NCBI GenBank assembly: GCA_902806335.1
Contig: CADCWG010000156.1
Span: 8,803 to 72,802 of the forward strand
From: an uncultured Thermomicrobiales bacterium
GTDB lineage: Bacteria; Chloroflexota; Chloroflexia; Thermomicrobiales; UBA6265
Direction of reading: 5' to 3'
DNA: 64,000 bases
Part shown: positions 20,627 to 33,502 of the stretch, piece after piece
Layout of the letters: every line of letters starts with the position of its first letter
Position numbering within the stretch: the first letter of the stretch is position 1
Made by a program: the position numbers and the translations under genes
Notes under the pieces: generated by a model
Seen by the model: only the letters and a program-made list of their open reading frames with translations
Told to the model about the DNA's origin: nothing
The model's database searches: none

Positions 20627-21352
20627 ATGGAGACGCAGCCCGGTCGGCGGCAGTACGTCAAGTTCACCTTCTTCAAGGTCGCGCCGGAGTGGCGGCGGCT
20701 CGATGTCGGCACCCGCGACCGCCAGAAGGCCGAGTTCGCCGAGGTCGTGGAGACCTGGCGCGAGCGGAACCTGGTCCGGACCTACTCGACGATCGGCACC
20801 CGGGGTGACACCGACTTCCTGGTCTGGCAGGTCAGTTACGAGCTCGACGACATCCAGCGGATGCAGGGCGAGTTGCTCGGCACCGAACTCGCCGGGTGGC
20901 TGTCCACCCCGTACAGCTACCTCTCGATGACCAAGCACTCGGTCTACGTCGAGAAGTACTCGGGGCCGGGGCGCGACAAGTTCACCCGCCTCAGCCTGGC
21001 GCCCGGCGACCACAAGTACCTCTTCGTCTACCCGCTCACCAAGACCCGGGAGTGGTACGGCCTCGACAGGGCCGACCGCCAAGAAGCCATGAACCAGCAC
21101 ATGGCGATCGGCCACACCTACTCGTCGGTGAAGCTGAACACGACCTACTCCTTTGGCCTCGACGACCAGGAGTTCGTGCTCGCGTTCGAGACCGACGAGC
21201 CGGGCGACTTCCTCGACCTCGTCCAGGAGCTGCGGCCGTCGATGTCGAGCGCGTACACGCTGACGGACGTGCCGATCTTCACCTGCGTGGCGACCACGAC
21301 CGCCGGGATGCTCGACGTTCTGGCGCTCAGCCGCACGGCGGTGCCGGCCTAA
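20627..21352 (+). CDS. hemQ: Chlorite dismutase family protein, probable coproheme decarboxylase (ChdC/HemQ)
   Basis: YPLTK motif, proximal His (HMAIG), YSFGLDDQEF; no Arg at the Cld catalytic position; lies within the hem cluster. Confidence 0.8.
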   Translation: METQPGRRQYVKFTFFKVAPEWRRLDVGTRDRQKAEFAEVVETWRERNLVRTYSTIGTRGDTDFLVWQVSYELDDIQRMQGELLGTELAGWLSTPYSYLSMTKHSVYVEKYSGPGRDKFTRLSLAPGDHKYLFVYPLTKTREWYGLDRADRQEAMNQHMAIGHTYSSVKLNTTYSFGLDDQEFVLAFETDEPGDFLDLVQELRPSMSSAYTLTDVPIFTCVATTTAGMLDVLALSRTAVPA

Positions 21353-21448
21353 GCCCGCGCGGGGCACGGCGGGCCGCGGCCAGCCGACACCGACGCCGGG
21401 GAGGCGACCCCGCGCTACCGGACCGGGACACCGAAGGGACACACGGCC

Positions 21449-22591
21449 ATGAGCACCGTCGCACCCGTAGACGCGGACGCCGCCGCCGTCCCGCAGCCCC
21501 CGGTTGTCCCGGGGCTGACGATGACCGGCCGCGCGCGGATGATCGCGGCGGCGCGACGGGAGGCGGTCGATGCCACGCCCGTCTGGTTCATGCGGCAGGC
21601 GGGTCGCTGCCTGCCGGAGTACAGGGCGCTGCGGCGGCGGCACGACTTCCTGACCGTCGCCAGGACGCCGGAGCTGGCGGCGGAGGCCACGCTGATGCCC
21701 GTCGACCGCTTCGGGGTCGACGGGGCGGTCCTCTTCGCGGACATCATGCTCCCGCTCGACGGGATGGGCGTCCCCTTCCGGATCGAGCCGAGCGTGGGAC
21801 CCGTGATCGACGCGCCGCTGCGGACGGCGGCCGACGTCGACGCGCTGACGGTGGCCGACGCCGAGGAGGCCACCGGGTACGTGATGGACGCCCTGCGACT
21901 GCTGAAGGGCGAGCTCGGGGAGCGGGCGGCGCTGCTGGGGTTCTCGGGGGCGCCGTTCACCCTCGCTTGCTACCTCGTCGAGGGGCGGTCGTCGCGGGAG
22001 TATCCGAAGGCCAAGGCGCTGATGTACGGGCAGCCGGAGGTCTGGCACCGGCTGATGGCGACCCTGGCCGAGGTCGTCACCCGCTACCTGCGGGCTCAGA
22101 TCGCGGCCGGCGCCGACGCCGTCCAGCTCTTCGATTCCTGGCTCGGTCTGCTCGGGCCGCGGGAGTACGCCGCCTACGTCGCCCCCTACACCGCGCGGAT
22201 CTTTGAGAGCCTGCGCGGGTCGGCGCCCACGATCCACTTCAGCACGGGCACGGTCTCGCTCCTCGACCAGATCGCCGCGACGGGACCGGACGTCGTCAGC
22301 GTCGACTGGCGGCTGCCGCTCGACGCGGCGTGGGCGCGCATCGATCCCGACGCCCGCGGGATCCAGGGGAACCTCGACTCGTCCCTGGTGCTCGCGCCCT
22401 GGGACGCGGTCGAGGCAGGGGCGCGCGACGTGCTGGAGCGGGCCGGCGGCCGCCCGGGCCACATCTTCAACCTCGGCCATGGGATCCTCCCTGAGACGCC
22501 GCCCGAGACCCTCACTCGGCTCGTCGCGCTGGTCCACGAGGCGTCCCGTCGCGAGACGTCTGGGGTCGATTCTGGCGTCAGGATGGCGTGA
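21449..22591 (+). CDS. hemE: Uroporphyrinogen decarboxylase
   Basis: PVWFMRQAGRCLPEY, LFADIM, GAPFTLACY, QLFDSW, HIFNLGHG. Confidence 0.97.
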   Translation: MSTVAPVDADAAAVPQPPVVPGLTMTGRARMIAAARREAVDATPVWFMRQAGRCLPEYRALRRRHDFLTVARTPELAAEATLMPVDRFGVDGAVLFADIMLPLDGMGVPFRIEPSVGPVIDAPLRTAADVDALTVADAEEATGYVMDALRLLKGELGERAALLGFSGAPFTLACYLVEGRSSREYPKAKALMYGQPEVWHRLMATLAEVVTRYLRAQIAAGADAVQLFDSWLGLLGPREYAAYVAPYTARIFESLRGSAPTIHFSTGTVSLLDQIAATGPDVVSVDWRLPLDAAWARIDPDARGIQGNLDSSLVLAPWDAVEAGARDVLERAGGRPGHIFNLGHGILPETPPETLTRLVALVHEASRRETSGVDSGVRMA

Positions 22592-22679
22592 TCCGGTCCT
22601 GGCACGGTCCCTGCCAATAGCGGTGCTGAGCGGGGGCGAGGTTGCTGTCGCTCGGTACCCCACAATGGAGGAACATCCC

Positions 22680-23246
22680 ATGGACTCGATGCTCAGCGGC
22701 CTCTTCGGCGGCCAGGACGACGACGACGACGACCGTCGGCGATCCCGCGCCCAGGACTTCGTCAGCCGGTACGAGCAGGGTTCCCCCTACGAGGGGTTCT
22801 CCGACCAGGAGGCCATCCACAACTACCAGCAGGTAGCAGGCAGGATGTCGCCGCAGGATTTTGAAGAGTCGGCCGCCGAGGCGTTCCAGCGGATGGATCC
22901 GCAGGAGCGGATGCAGTACGCCCAGATGATGCAGCAGCAGGGCGGGATGCAGTTCAGCGGTGGGCAGATGGACGACCCGCGTCAGTTGGCACGGATGACC
23001 TCCCAGTTCCACCAGCAGAGCCCTGACGGCCTCACCGGCCTCTTCGGTGGCGGCGGTGGCGGGGGCGGACTCGGCGCGATGCTCGGCGGCGGCGGCGGTG
23101 GGGCGATGGGCTCCCTGCTCGGCGGCGCGATGGGCGGCGGCAACCGGGGCGGCGGCGGGGGCGACATGCTCAACAACCCGCTCGCGAAGGCCGCGCTCGG
23201 CGGCATCGCCGCGATGGCGATGAAGCGGATGATGGGCGGCCGCTAG
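22680..23246 (+). CDS. Hypothetical Gly/Gln/Met-rich protein
   Basis: RBS GGAGG, typical codon usage, ends NPLAKAALGGIAAMAMKRMMG. Confidence 0.75.
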   Translation: MDSMLSGLFGGQDDDDDDRRRSRAQDFVSRYEQGSPYEGFSDQEAIHNYQQVAGRMSPQDFEESAAEAFQRMDPQERMQYAQMMQQQGGMQFSGGQMDDPRQLARMTSQFHQQSPDGLTGLFGGGGGGGGLGAMLGGGGGGAMGSLLGGAMGGGNRGGGGGDMLNNPLAKAALGGIAAMAMKRMMGGR

Positions 23247-23279
23247 CCGGTCGACAGTCTGAATCGGCCGGTCCTGGGC

Positions 23280-23312
23280 GAGGCCCGCGCTCCCTCTGGG
23301 GAGGCGGGCCTC
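23280..23312 (+). terminator. GC-rich hairpin after the hypothetical gene
   Basis: GAGGCCCGC...GCGGGCCTC inverted repeat; no U tract. Confidence 0.4.
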
Positions 23313-23774
23313 GTCGCGTCCGACGAGCCCTCTGTGGCTCCCAGGAGTGATGCCGCCGACACCGCAAGGTTCCCCTGGCGGATTCCGGTTCCGCTGGTGG
23401 AGACTCGTTGGCTCCCGACTGGTGTCATCTCGTGCCGCATCCGGACGTTCGTGGTGGTATCGGACGCACGGCGACGGCCGAGCCTGCCCGGAGCGAGCCC
23501 CTGGCTGAGGCACGATGCGGGTCGATGCTTCCGGTGATCAACCGGATCGCGACGTGATGTCGTCGGGAGAGATCCGCACGGAACGGGGAGACGGGCGGGC
23601 GAGTCCGGCCTCGAGGTCTCGCGGCCCGGTTGCGCCTCGCCGCCCGCGTGTCCCCGCGGGCGGGGGACGGTGACAGCATCGACGCGCGGTCCGGCGAGTG
23701 ACATCTCACACCAGGGCCCCCTTCGGATGCAGGGGGCCCGGGCGTTCGGTCCGGCGGTGGTGGAGGTCGTGGTG

Positions 23775-24287
23775 TCAACCCGGCGTGGGCAAGTCCCCAT
23801 CCCCGGGAGGGCGGGGCTCCTGGCGCAGCTTGGTCGTCTCGTCGATGGTCAGCGCGTTGGCGCGGGTGATGAAGTCGGCCAGGAGCGCGAGTTCCTCGTC
23901 GCGGTACTCGGCGCAGAGGGCGACCATCGCTCGCGCCATCGAGGCGAACAGCGGCGCGATCGCCTGCTCGCCCGCCTGCCCGTCGGCCCGGATATAGACG
24001 CGACGCCGGTCGACCGGATCCCGCTCCCGCCGCGCGAATCCCGCCCGCTCGAGCCGGTCGACCATCCCGGTGATGGCGCCGGTGGTCAGCCCCGTCGCCT
24101 CGGCCAGCGTCCCGGCGGTGACCGGACCAGTGCGGTGCAGCAGCTCGAGCGCCTCAAGGTCCGCCGGGTTGATCCCGAGTCGGCTCGCCACGGCCTGGCT
24201 CAGCATCACGGACGCGGTGCTGCTCTGGCGAAGACCGTCCATCAGCGCCGCGACGACTTCCGCCCGATTTCGTTCGCCCCTTGACAC
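23775..24287 (-). CDS. MarR family regulator
   Basis: LGINPADLEALELL...TAGTLAEATGLTTGAITGMVDRLERAG...DPVDRRRV. Confidence 0.93.
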   Translation of the reverse strand: MSRGERNRAEVVAALMDGLRQSSTASVMLSQAVASRLGINPADLEALELLHRTGPVTAGTLAEATGLTTGAITGMVDRLERAGFARRERDPVDRRRVYIRADGQAGEQAIAPLFASMARAMVALCAEYRDEELALLADFITRANALTIDETTKLRQEPRPPGDGDLPTPG

Positions 24288-24332
24288 CCGCCTCCACCTC
24301 GCTTAGCATGTCATCATCTTAGCGTCTAAGAT
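24281..24332 (+). promoter_or_regulatory. Promoter toward the MMPL gene plus MarR-type palindromic operator
   Basis: TTGACA(24281)-17 bp-TAGCAT(24304); IR ATCTTAG-CGT-CTAAGAT at 24316-24332. Confidence 0.7.
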
Positions 24333-24709
24333 AATCGTGAGCAAAGATGACGATGCGCTGAACGAGTATAGCGCCTGGCCAGGATGCGCTGTGACGCGGG
24401 GATCGCATGGGTCGTGGAGGGCAGGGGGCCGTCGGTAGATGGTCTGGTGGAGGTAGGCGAGGCCCTGTGCTGGGCCCGTTCGGCCCGGCCCGGCTCCGCC
24501 GTCAACGCGCCGTGAGCAACGGCCCGCAAGGGGGCGATCCCATAGCACCGTGATGGCGCCGGACAGCCGGAGCGTCGCCGATGCGACCGGCGCGCGCCGC
24601 GTGGGGTCAAGAGTTGCCGACGACCGAGCCGATGCCGCGCGCGACCGGGACGGGTGTCGCCCCGACGACTGGACCGACAAGTACGCTCTGAACCGGAGGT
24701 CGCCGCCCG

Positions 24710-27046
24710 ATGCTCTCCACGCTGACCGACTTCGCCTCCTCGCGGCGCGGCAAGTGGATCGTGATCGCCGTCTGGTTCCTGGTCGCGGCGGTGATCGTGC
24801 CGCTCGCGCCGCAGCTGGCCGAGGTCGTCGAGAACGAGCAGACGAGCTTTCTGCCCGAGGACGCGGAGTCGACCCGGGCGGTCGAGCTGGTCCAGCAGCG
24901 GTTCCCGAGCAGCACCACGCCGGCGATCGTCGTCTTCCGCAACCCCAACGGCCTGACCGACGCCGACCTCGCCGAGGAGCGGCGGATCGCCGCCGCCGTC
25001 ACCGACCCCGAGGCACCGGAGAACATCGAGAGCGTTGTCTCCGTCTCGACCCAGCCCCAGGCCCGCGGGTCGCTCGTCTCCCCCGACGGGACGACGATGA
25101 CGATGCTGGTCAACATCAGCGGCGAGGCCGCCGAGGAGCCGTACCTCGAGACGGTGGACTTCGTCCGGGAGCAGGCCAACGACACCGAGGCGCTGGCGGT
25201 CAAGGTTAGCGGCCCGGGCGGTCTGCTCAAGGACCTGATCGCCGTCTTCGAGCAGATCGACGGCTTCCTGATCCTGGTCACCGCGGCGCTGGTGCTGGTG
25301 CTGCTGGTGGTGATCTACCGCTCGCCGGTGGTCGCGCTGGTGCCGCTGGTCTCGGTCGGGTGGGTCTTCGCGCTGGCCGGTGCGCTCGGGGCACTCGGCG
25401 CGGAGCGGTTCGGTCTGCCGGTCAACGGGCAGTCGCAGGGCATCATGACGGTGCTGCTCTTCGGCGCCGGCACGGACTACTGCCTCTTCGTCTCCTCGCG
25501 GTTCCGCGAGGAACTGGTCCACACCGAGGACAAGCACGAGGCGATGCGCCGGGCGATGCGCGGCGTGGGCGAGGCGATCGCGTCCTCCGCGGGCACCGTG
25601 CTGGTCGCCACGCTGGCGCTCCTCTTTGCCACCCTCCGCTCCAACCAGAGCCTCGGACCGCTGCTCGCGGTCGCGATCGCGACCATGCTCGTCGCCGCGC
25701 TGACGCTGGTCCCGGCGCTCCTGACCGTGCTCGGGCGCAACGCCTTCTGGCCGCTCCGGCCGAAGTACGACCCGGCGCGTGTCGCGGTCGCGGCCGACGA
25801 CGAGGCGCACGGCGTCTGGTCGTGGGTGGCGACCCAGGTCGGCCGGCGGCCGGTGGCGTTCCTGGCGACGACGGCGGCGGTCTTCGTCGCGCTCTCGTTC
25901 GGAACCCTCCGGCTCGAGCAGACCTTCGACAGCATCACCGCGCTGCCGGCGGGGACGGAGTCGCGCGAGGGGTTCGAGTTGCTGCGGACGTCGTTCCCGG
26001 CAGGAGAGCTCGCGCCGACCGAGGCGTACCTCGCGCTCCCAGCCGGCGGCCAGGTGCTGGACCCGGCGACGCTGAGCCAGGTCGACCAGTTGAGCCAGCG
26101 GCTCGCCACGTACCCGGGCGTCGCGGCGGTGTCGGGTCCGAGCCGACCGTTCGGCGTCGCGGCGCCGGTCGGCCCGGCGGAGGTGCTGGCCGCCGCGCAG
26201 GCGGTCGGCGCGGGCGCCGCCGGTCCCGAGCAGCAGGCGCTGTTTGGGCAGGCGACGCGCGCCGTCTCGCCCGACGGTGGTGTCGCCCGGATCACGGTCA
26301 GCCTGACCGAGAACCCGTACAGCCTCGCGGCGCTGGACGAGATCGAGGGGCTGCGGGCGTTCGCCCGCCAGAGTGCCGCCGAGGCTGGCCTGGGCACCGC
26401 GGAGGTCCTGATCGGGGGCGACACCGCGACCGCCCACGACACCCAGGTCGCCAACGACCGCGACATCCGGGTGGTGCTGCCGATCATCCTGCTGGCGATC
26501 GGGGTGATCCTCGGGCTGCTGCTCCGCTCCCTCGTCGCGCCGATCTACCTGCTCGCGACGATCGTGCTCTCGTACGCCGCCACCCTAGGCCTCTCGACGC
26601 TGGTCTTTCAAGACCTCCTCGGCCAGGACGGGGTCGGGGCCGGCGTGCCGTTCTTTCTGTTCGTCTTCCTGGTGGCGCTGGGGGTCGACTACAACATCTT
26701 CCTGATGGCCAGGATCCGGGAGGAGACCCGCCACCACGGCCTGCGGTCGGGGACCCGGCGGGCCCTCGGCCGGACCGGCGGCGTGATCACCTCGGCGGGG
26801 ATCATCCTCGCCGGGACCTTCGGCGCACTGATGACGCTGCCGCTCCAGGACCTCTTCCAGACGGGCTTCAGCGTCGCCGTCGGCGTGCTGATCGACACCT
26901 TCATCGTCCGCTCTCTGATGGTCCCGGCGATCGTGCTGCTGCTCGGCCGCTGGAACTGGTGGCCGAGCCGGGACCTGGCCGCTGCACCCGGCCTGGGGAC
27001 CGCCGCGTCTCGGGCGGGGGATCTGGCGCCGGGCCGCGGCGACTGA
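24710..27046 (+). CDS. MMPL/RND family transporter
   Basis: Two repeats with LLFGAGTDYCLF and FLVALGVDYNIFL; TGGVITSAGIILAGTF. Confidence 0.95.
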   Translation: MLSTLTDFASSRRGKWIVIAVWFLVAAVIVPLAPQLAEVVENEQTSFLPEDAESTRAVELVQQRFPSSTTPAIVVFRNPNGLTDADLAEERRIAAAVTDPEAPENIESVVSVSTQPQARGSLVSPDGTTMTMLVNISGEAAEEPYLETVDFVREQANDTEALAVKVSGPGGLLKDLIAVFEQIDGFLILVTAALVLVLLVVIYRSPVVALVPLVSVGWVFALAGALGALGAERFGLPVNGQSQGIMTVLLFGAGTDYCLFVSSRFREELVHTEDKHEAMRRAMRGVGEAIASSAGTVLVATLALLFATLRSNQSLGPLLAVAIATMLVAALTLVPALLTVLGRNAFWPLRPKYDPARVAVAADDEAHGVWSWVATQVGRRPVAFLATTAAVFVALSFGTLRLEQTFDSITALPAGTESREGFELLRTSFPAGELAPTEAYLALPAGGQVLDPATLSQVDQLSQRLATYPGVAAVSGPSRPFGVAAPVGPAEVLAAAQAVGAGAAGPEQQALFGQATRAVSPDGGVARITVSLTENPYSLAALDEIEGLRAFARQSAAEAGLGTAEVLIGGDTATAHDTQVANDRDIRVVLPIILLAIGVILGLLLRSLVAPIYLLATIVLSYAATLGLSTLVFQDLLGQDGVGAGVPFFLFVFLVALGVDYNIFLMARIREETRHHGLRSGTRRALGRTGGVITSAGIILAGTFGALMTLPLQDLFQTGFSVAVGVLIDTFIVRSLMVPAIVLLLGRWNWWPSRDLAAAPGLGTAASRAGDLAPGRGD

Positions 27047-27392
27047 TGCCCGGTCCGGCCAACGTACGGTGAGGCGCGGCCCCTGTGGGCCGCCCGGCCA
27101 CCTTGGGCGCCGCGCTCCTGGTGGGACGGGGACGCGTCGGCACGGACAAGGAAGTGGCGGGGGCCCGGCGTCGATCTCGGCCCGCGTCGGAGCATCGGTT
27201 CGGGCAGGGGGCGGGCGCCGAGCATCTCGCCCGGCGCCGATCGCCCACCTGTGAGCTGGCGGTAGCGCCCCGGCCCGCCTGGCGCGCCCCGGCGCGCCGT
27301 CAACGGGCTATGAGCCGCCCTTGTTCCGGGCGGGTTGCCACTAGCCGTCGCGCGTCCGGAGGGGGGCGGCGGTCCCGACCCTGAGCGTCGGA

Positions 27393-30099
<2,707 letters not shown>

Positions 30100-30294
30100 G
30101 CGGTCCTGGTCCTCCTGACGACGTGGCCGCGCGACGGCCCGCGGACAGACTCCCGGCCGATACCCATCCCGCCGCAGCCAGAGTGCCGGGACGGAGTCTC
30201 GCTGCAGCGTGCGCGACGCCGAGACGTCGCGACGCGCACCGGCGCGGTCGTCGCGCCGACACCGGCCGATAACGTCCGGGCGGCGGGGAGAGCG

Positions 30295-30648
30295 TTAAGC
30301 GTCGGTGCCTGGCGCGGCCCACTCCTCCGGGCGCGGCCCGGGGTCGCCCATGTCCGGGTTGTCGCGCAGCCGGTTGATCACCCGGACGGAGAGGTCGGCG
30401 CGGACCTGGATCTGGCACGAGAGGCGCGTGTTCGGGGCGAGTTCATCCTCGCGCGCGAGGCGGGTCCGCTCGGCGTCGTTCATCGGGCCCGGGTCGCCGG
30501 CGAGCACTTCGACCCGGCAGGTCGTGCAGCGGGCGTTGCCGCCGCAGCGGTGGAGGATGTCGACCCCCGCGTCCTCGATGCAGAGCACCAGGCGGCGCCC
30601 GTCGCCGCAGGTCGTCTCGCCGATCCCCGCCATCGTGATCGTCGCCAT
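30295..30648 (-). CDS. 2Fe-2S ferredoxin
   Basis: HRCGGNARCTTC...RLSCQ. Confidence 0.9.
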   Translation of the reverse strand: MATITMAGIGETTCGDGRRLVLCIEDAGVDILHRCGGNARCTTCRVEVLAGDPGPMNDAERTRLAREDELAPNTRLSCQIQVRADLSVRVINRLRDNPDMGDPGPRPEEWAAPGTDA

Positions 30649-31098
30649 GGTGCTCAGCCGCTCCTGTTCTCTCCGGCGGGAGGTGCCCGTGCATGCCTCC
30701 CTGTTTGACCGACGTCCGCGCCACTATACCGACCCGGCGGTCGGTCCACGGTGGACCCGTTCCGGTGGTGGCTACGGCGGCCAGTGACGGGACCACCCGA
30801 GCCGTGACCGACGTCTCCCCCACCATTGGTCGCCCCGCGCGCGGTGGCGTAGCCGAGGCGAGGACCCGACCGTCGGCTCCTCCAGAGCCACTGCGGGTGG
30901 GCTGACCCGACGGCGAGGGATGGCGGCTGGCGGAGGCAACAAACGTTCGACAACCGGAGAGGCCGCCAGCGCACTGCCTGGGAGCCGTCGCCGACCCGCG
31001 TTGACCGCATCCCAAAGGTTTGCGAAGCTACCACGACGATCGGGCGAGGGGCGGTCGCATCGGGGCGATCGCGCCGAGGCCGCGAGAAGGAGAGGGAA

Positions 31099-32232
31099 AT
31101 GCGACGCTCGGTTGGGGTGCTCTTGTCCGTGCTTCTGCTCCCCGTGCTGCTCGTGCTCCCGGGGCTGCGGCTCGCCGCCTGGGCTGCCCAGGAGGCGACG
31201 CCGTCGACGACCGTTGACGACTCGCTGCCGGCGATCCTCCAGGACGTGGACGGGCTGACCGTGGCGGTAGCGCTGGTGGCGAGCCGGGACGACGGCCAGG
31301 TCAGTGTTGGCGTCACGGCCGTGAACCTCGCCCCCGGCGCGCACGGCATCCACGTTCACGAGACGGGCGTCTGCGACCCCGCGGGCGAGCAGGCGTTTGC
31401 CTCCGCCGGCGGCCACTACAACCCGACGGACGAGGAGCACGGCGACCACGCCGGCGACCTGGGCAACATCGAGGCGGAAGAGGACGGCGGCGCCCTCTTC
31501 CTGGAGACCACCGACGCGTTCGACCTCGACGAGCTTCGCGACGAGGACGGCTCGGCGATCATCATCCACGCCGAGGAGGACGAGAACGATCCCGAGGGCG
31601 AGAGCTACGGGGCCCGGATCGCCTGCGGCGTCCTCGCCGCCCCGATCCCGGTGGAGCCCGCCGCCACGCCGGTCGCGCCGGTCGCCTCGCCCGTCGTTCC
31701 GGTCGCCTCGCCGGCCGCGACGGCGACGGTCGTCCCGGTGGCGGAGCCGACCGCCACCACGGTCGCTGAGGCACCGGACACCGACGCCGACGGCCTGTCC
31801 GACGCCGCCGAGGCCGAGAACGGCACCGACCCGACCAACCCGGACTCCGACGGTGACGGGCTGCTCGACGGCGCCGAGTTCGAGACGCAGACAGATCCGC
31901 TCGCCTTCGACTCCGACGGGGACGGCTTCGGCGACAACCAGGAGGTCGTCAACGGCACCGACCCCAACGACCCCGCCAGCGTTCCCGCGGGAGATCCCAG
32001 CGTCGACACGGACGGTGATCTCCTGACCGACGTCCAGGAGGCCGACTTCGGCACCGATCCGGAGGTCGCCGACACTGACGGCGACGGCCTGAGCGACTTC
32101 GCCGAGGTCGGGTTCGAGCCGGGTTCGGCGACGGGCACCGACCCGCTGGACGACGACACCGACGACGACGGCGTGACCGACGGCGCGGAGATTGAGGCAG
32201 AGACGGACCCGCTGGACCCCGAGAGCCTTTAG
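31099..32232 (+). CDS. Secreted Cu/Zn superoxide dismutase-family protein fused to TSP3-like Ca-binding repeats
   Basis: Signal peptide; HGIHVH, GGHYNP, HAGDLGN, IIIHA, GARIACG; six DxDxDGxxDxxE-type repeats. Confidence 0.88.
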   Translation: MRRSVGVLLSVLLLPVLLVLPGLRLAAWAAQEATPSTTVDDSLPAILQDVDGLTVAVALVASRDDGQVSVGVTAVNLAPGAHGIHVHETGVCDPAGEQAFASAGGHYNPTDEEHGDHAGDLGNIEAEEDGGALFLETTDAFDLDELRDEDGSAIIIHAEEDENDPEGESYGARIACGVLAAPIPVEPAATPVAPVASPVVPVASPAATATVVPVAEPTATTVAEAPDTDADGLSDAAEAENGTDPTNPDSDGDGLLDGAEFETQTDPLAFDSDGDGFGDNQEVVNGTDPNDPASVPAGDPSVDTDGDLLTDVQEADFGTDPEVADTDGDGLSDFAEVGFEPGSATGTDPLDDDTDDDGVTDGAEIEAETDPLDPESL

Positions 32233-32408
32233 CTCTACACACGAGTTGGCGGGGTCCCAGCCGGAATTGCCTGGGGCGCCACCGGATCAGGGCGTTCGGG
32301 CCGCCACGACGAGGGGCTCGCGGGAGACGGGGGCCGGAGCGTCGCTCCGGCCCCCGTCTCCCGCTGTGCACTCCGTTCTCGGGCGACCCTATGGCGGTCG
32401 GCGCCGCG

Positions 32409-33306
32409 TCAGGACGGGCGCCGTGGCACCACGCGGGATTCCGGTCCGTCCGGGAGTGCTCCCAGCACGACCACAAGGTGGTGGGCACGGGTGAGCCCCA
32501 CGTGGAGCAGCGCATCGCGGCTGGACTCGTGCGCCCGCTCCGCCTCGGCGAGGATGACGACCGGACTCTCGAGACCCTTGGAGCCGTGGGATGAGCCGCA
32601 GCGGAGCGCGTGCGGGCCGCCCTCGCCCCAGCCGAGCACGACGTTCCCGACTCTGGAGCCGTCGGCGAGCCGGGTGGTGTTCGGGCCGCGCGTCGAGAGC
32701 AGCACGATGTCGCTCAGGGACAGCCCTTCCACCGTGAGGAGGTCGTGGAGCACCCGCCCAAGGGTCTGCACCTCATCACCCGGCGTCACCGCCAGTTCCG
32801 CGGGTGGACGGCCCTCCGGTCCGATACTGAGGGAGCGGAGACGGTCGCTCAGGTAGGCGGTGGCAGCCCTGTGGATGCCCTGGGTGGTGCGGCAGTTCTG
32901 GGTGAGTTCGAAGTGTGGCCGGAGGATCGGCCAGCATTGCCTCCAGCGTCACCCGCCAGATGTCGGCGAAGTCCCGCCCCTCGTCGACGACGATCGCGTC
33001 GAATCGGTCCGGCAGGATCGCCAGCGCGTCGAGCAGGTGCTGCGGCAGATCCTCCTCGAAGGATCAATTGGCGTTCGGCCCGGCAAGGACGTCCTGGTGC
33101 GACGGCACGGCGATGCCCGCGCGTCGGGCGAGGTCGGTGGCGGTATCGTGGTAGTTGTCGACGGTCACCCGCGCCATGTCGGGGCCGAGTTCTCGGTCCG
33201 GCCCGTCGCGCGCCTAACTGCCAGGGGACCGGTCGTCGCAGATGAAGAGGACCCGGAGCCCCTGCCTGGCCAGCCGACGGACCCGTTCCATGGCCAGGTC
33301 CGTCTC
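32409..33306 (-). pseudogene. Degraded superfamily-1 (UvrD-like, NERD-associated type) helicase fragment
   Basis: ETDLAMERVRRLARQGLRVLFIC, stops at 33214-33216 (TAG) and 33064-33066 (TGA), DAIVVDEGRDF, frameshift at about 32920, LTQNCRTT, KGLESPVVIL, LLHVGLTRA. Confidence 0.75.
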
Positions 33307-33502
33307 GCGTGACAAGCTGGCGCGCTCGAACGCCGCTCGATTCTCGCCCTCCTGGGCTCCCACCAGTGCTCCGAGGGATGCGCTGGATGGGGACAGGGCG
33401 GGTGTATCCCGGTGCCAAGGGTGGCTGCCCGGTCAGACCACGTCGGGCCGCGAGCGAGTCGCTGCCGCATGCTCAGGGTCGGTGCTGGCCGTGGCAGCGA
33501 GC

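Noticed and set aside
20627-21352. True chlorite dismutase (perchlorate/chlorite respiration)
   Set aside because: Lacks the catalytic distal Arg, has the YPxxK motif and sits among hem genes, which fits coproheme decarboxylase
23040-23165. GGC microsatellite-like tract
   Set aside because: Encodes poly-Gly within an intact ORF
31780-32220. Repeated GAC-rich DNA as a CRISPR or tandem repeat array
   Set aside because: These are degenerate protein-coding DxDxDG repeats, with no identical repeat-spacer structure and no cas genes
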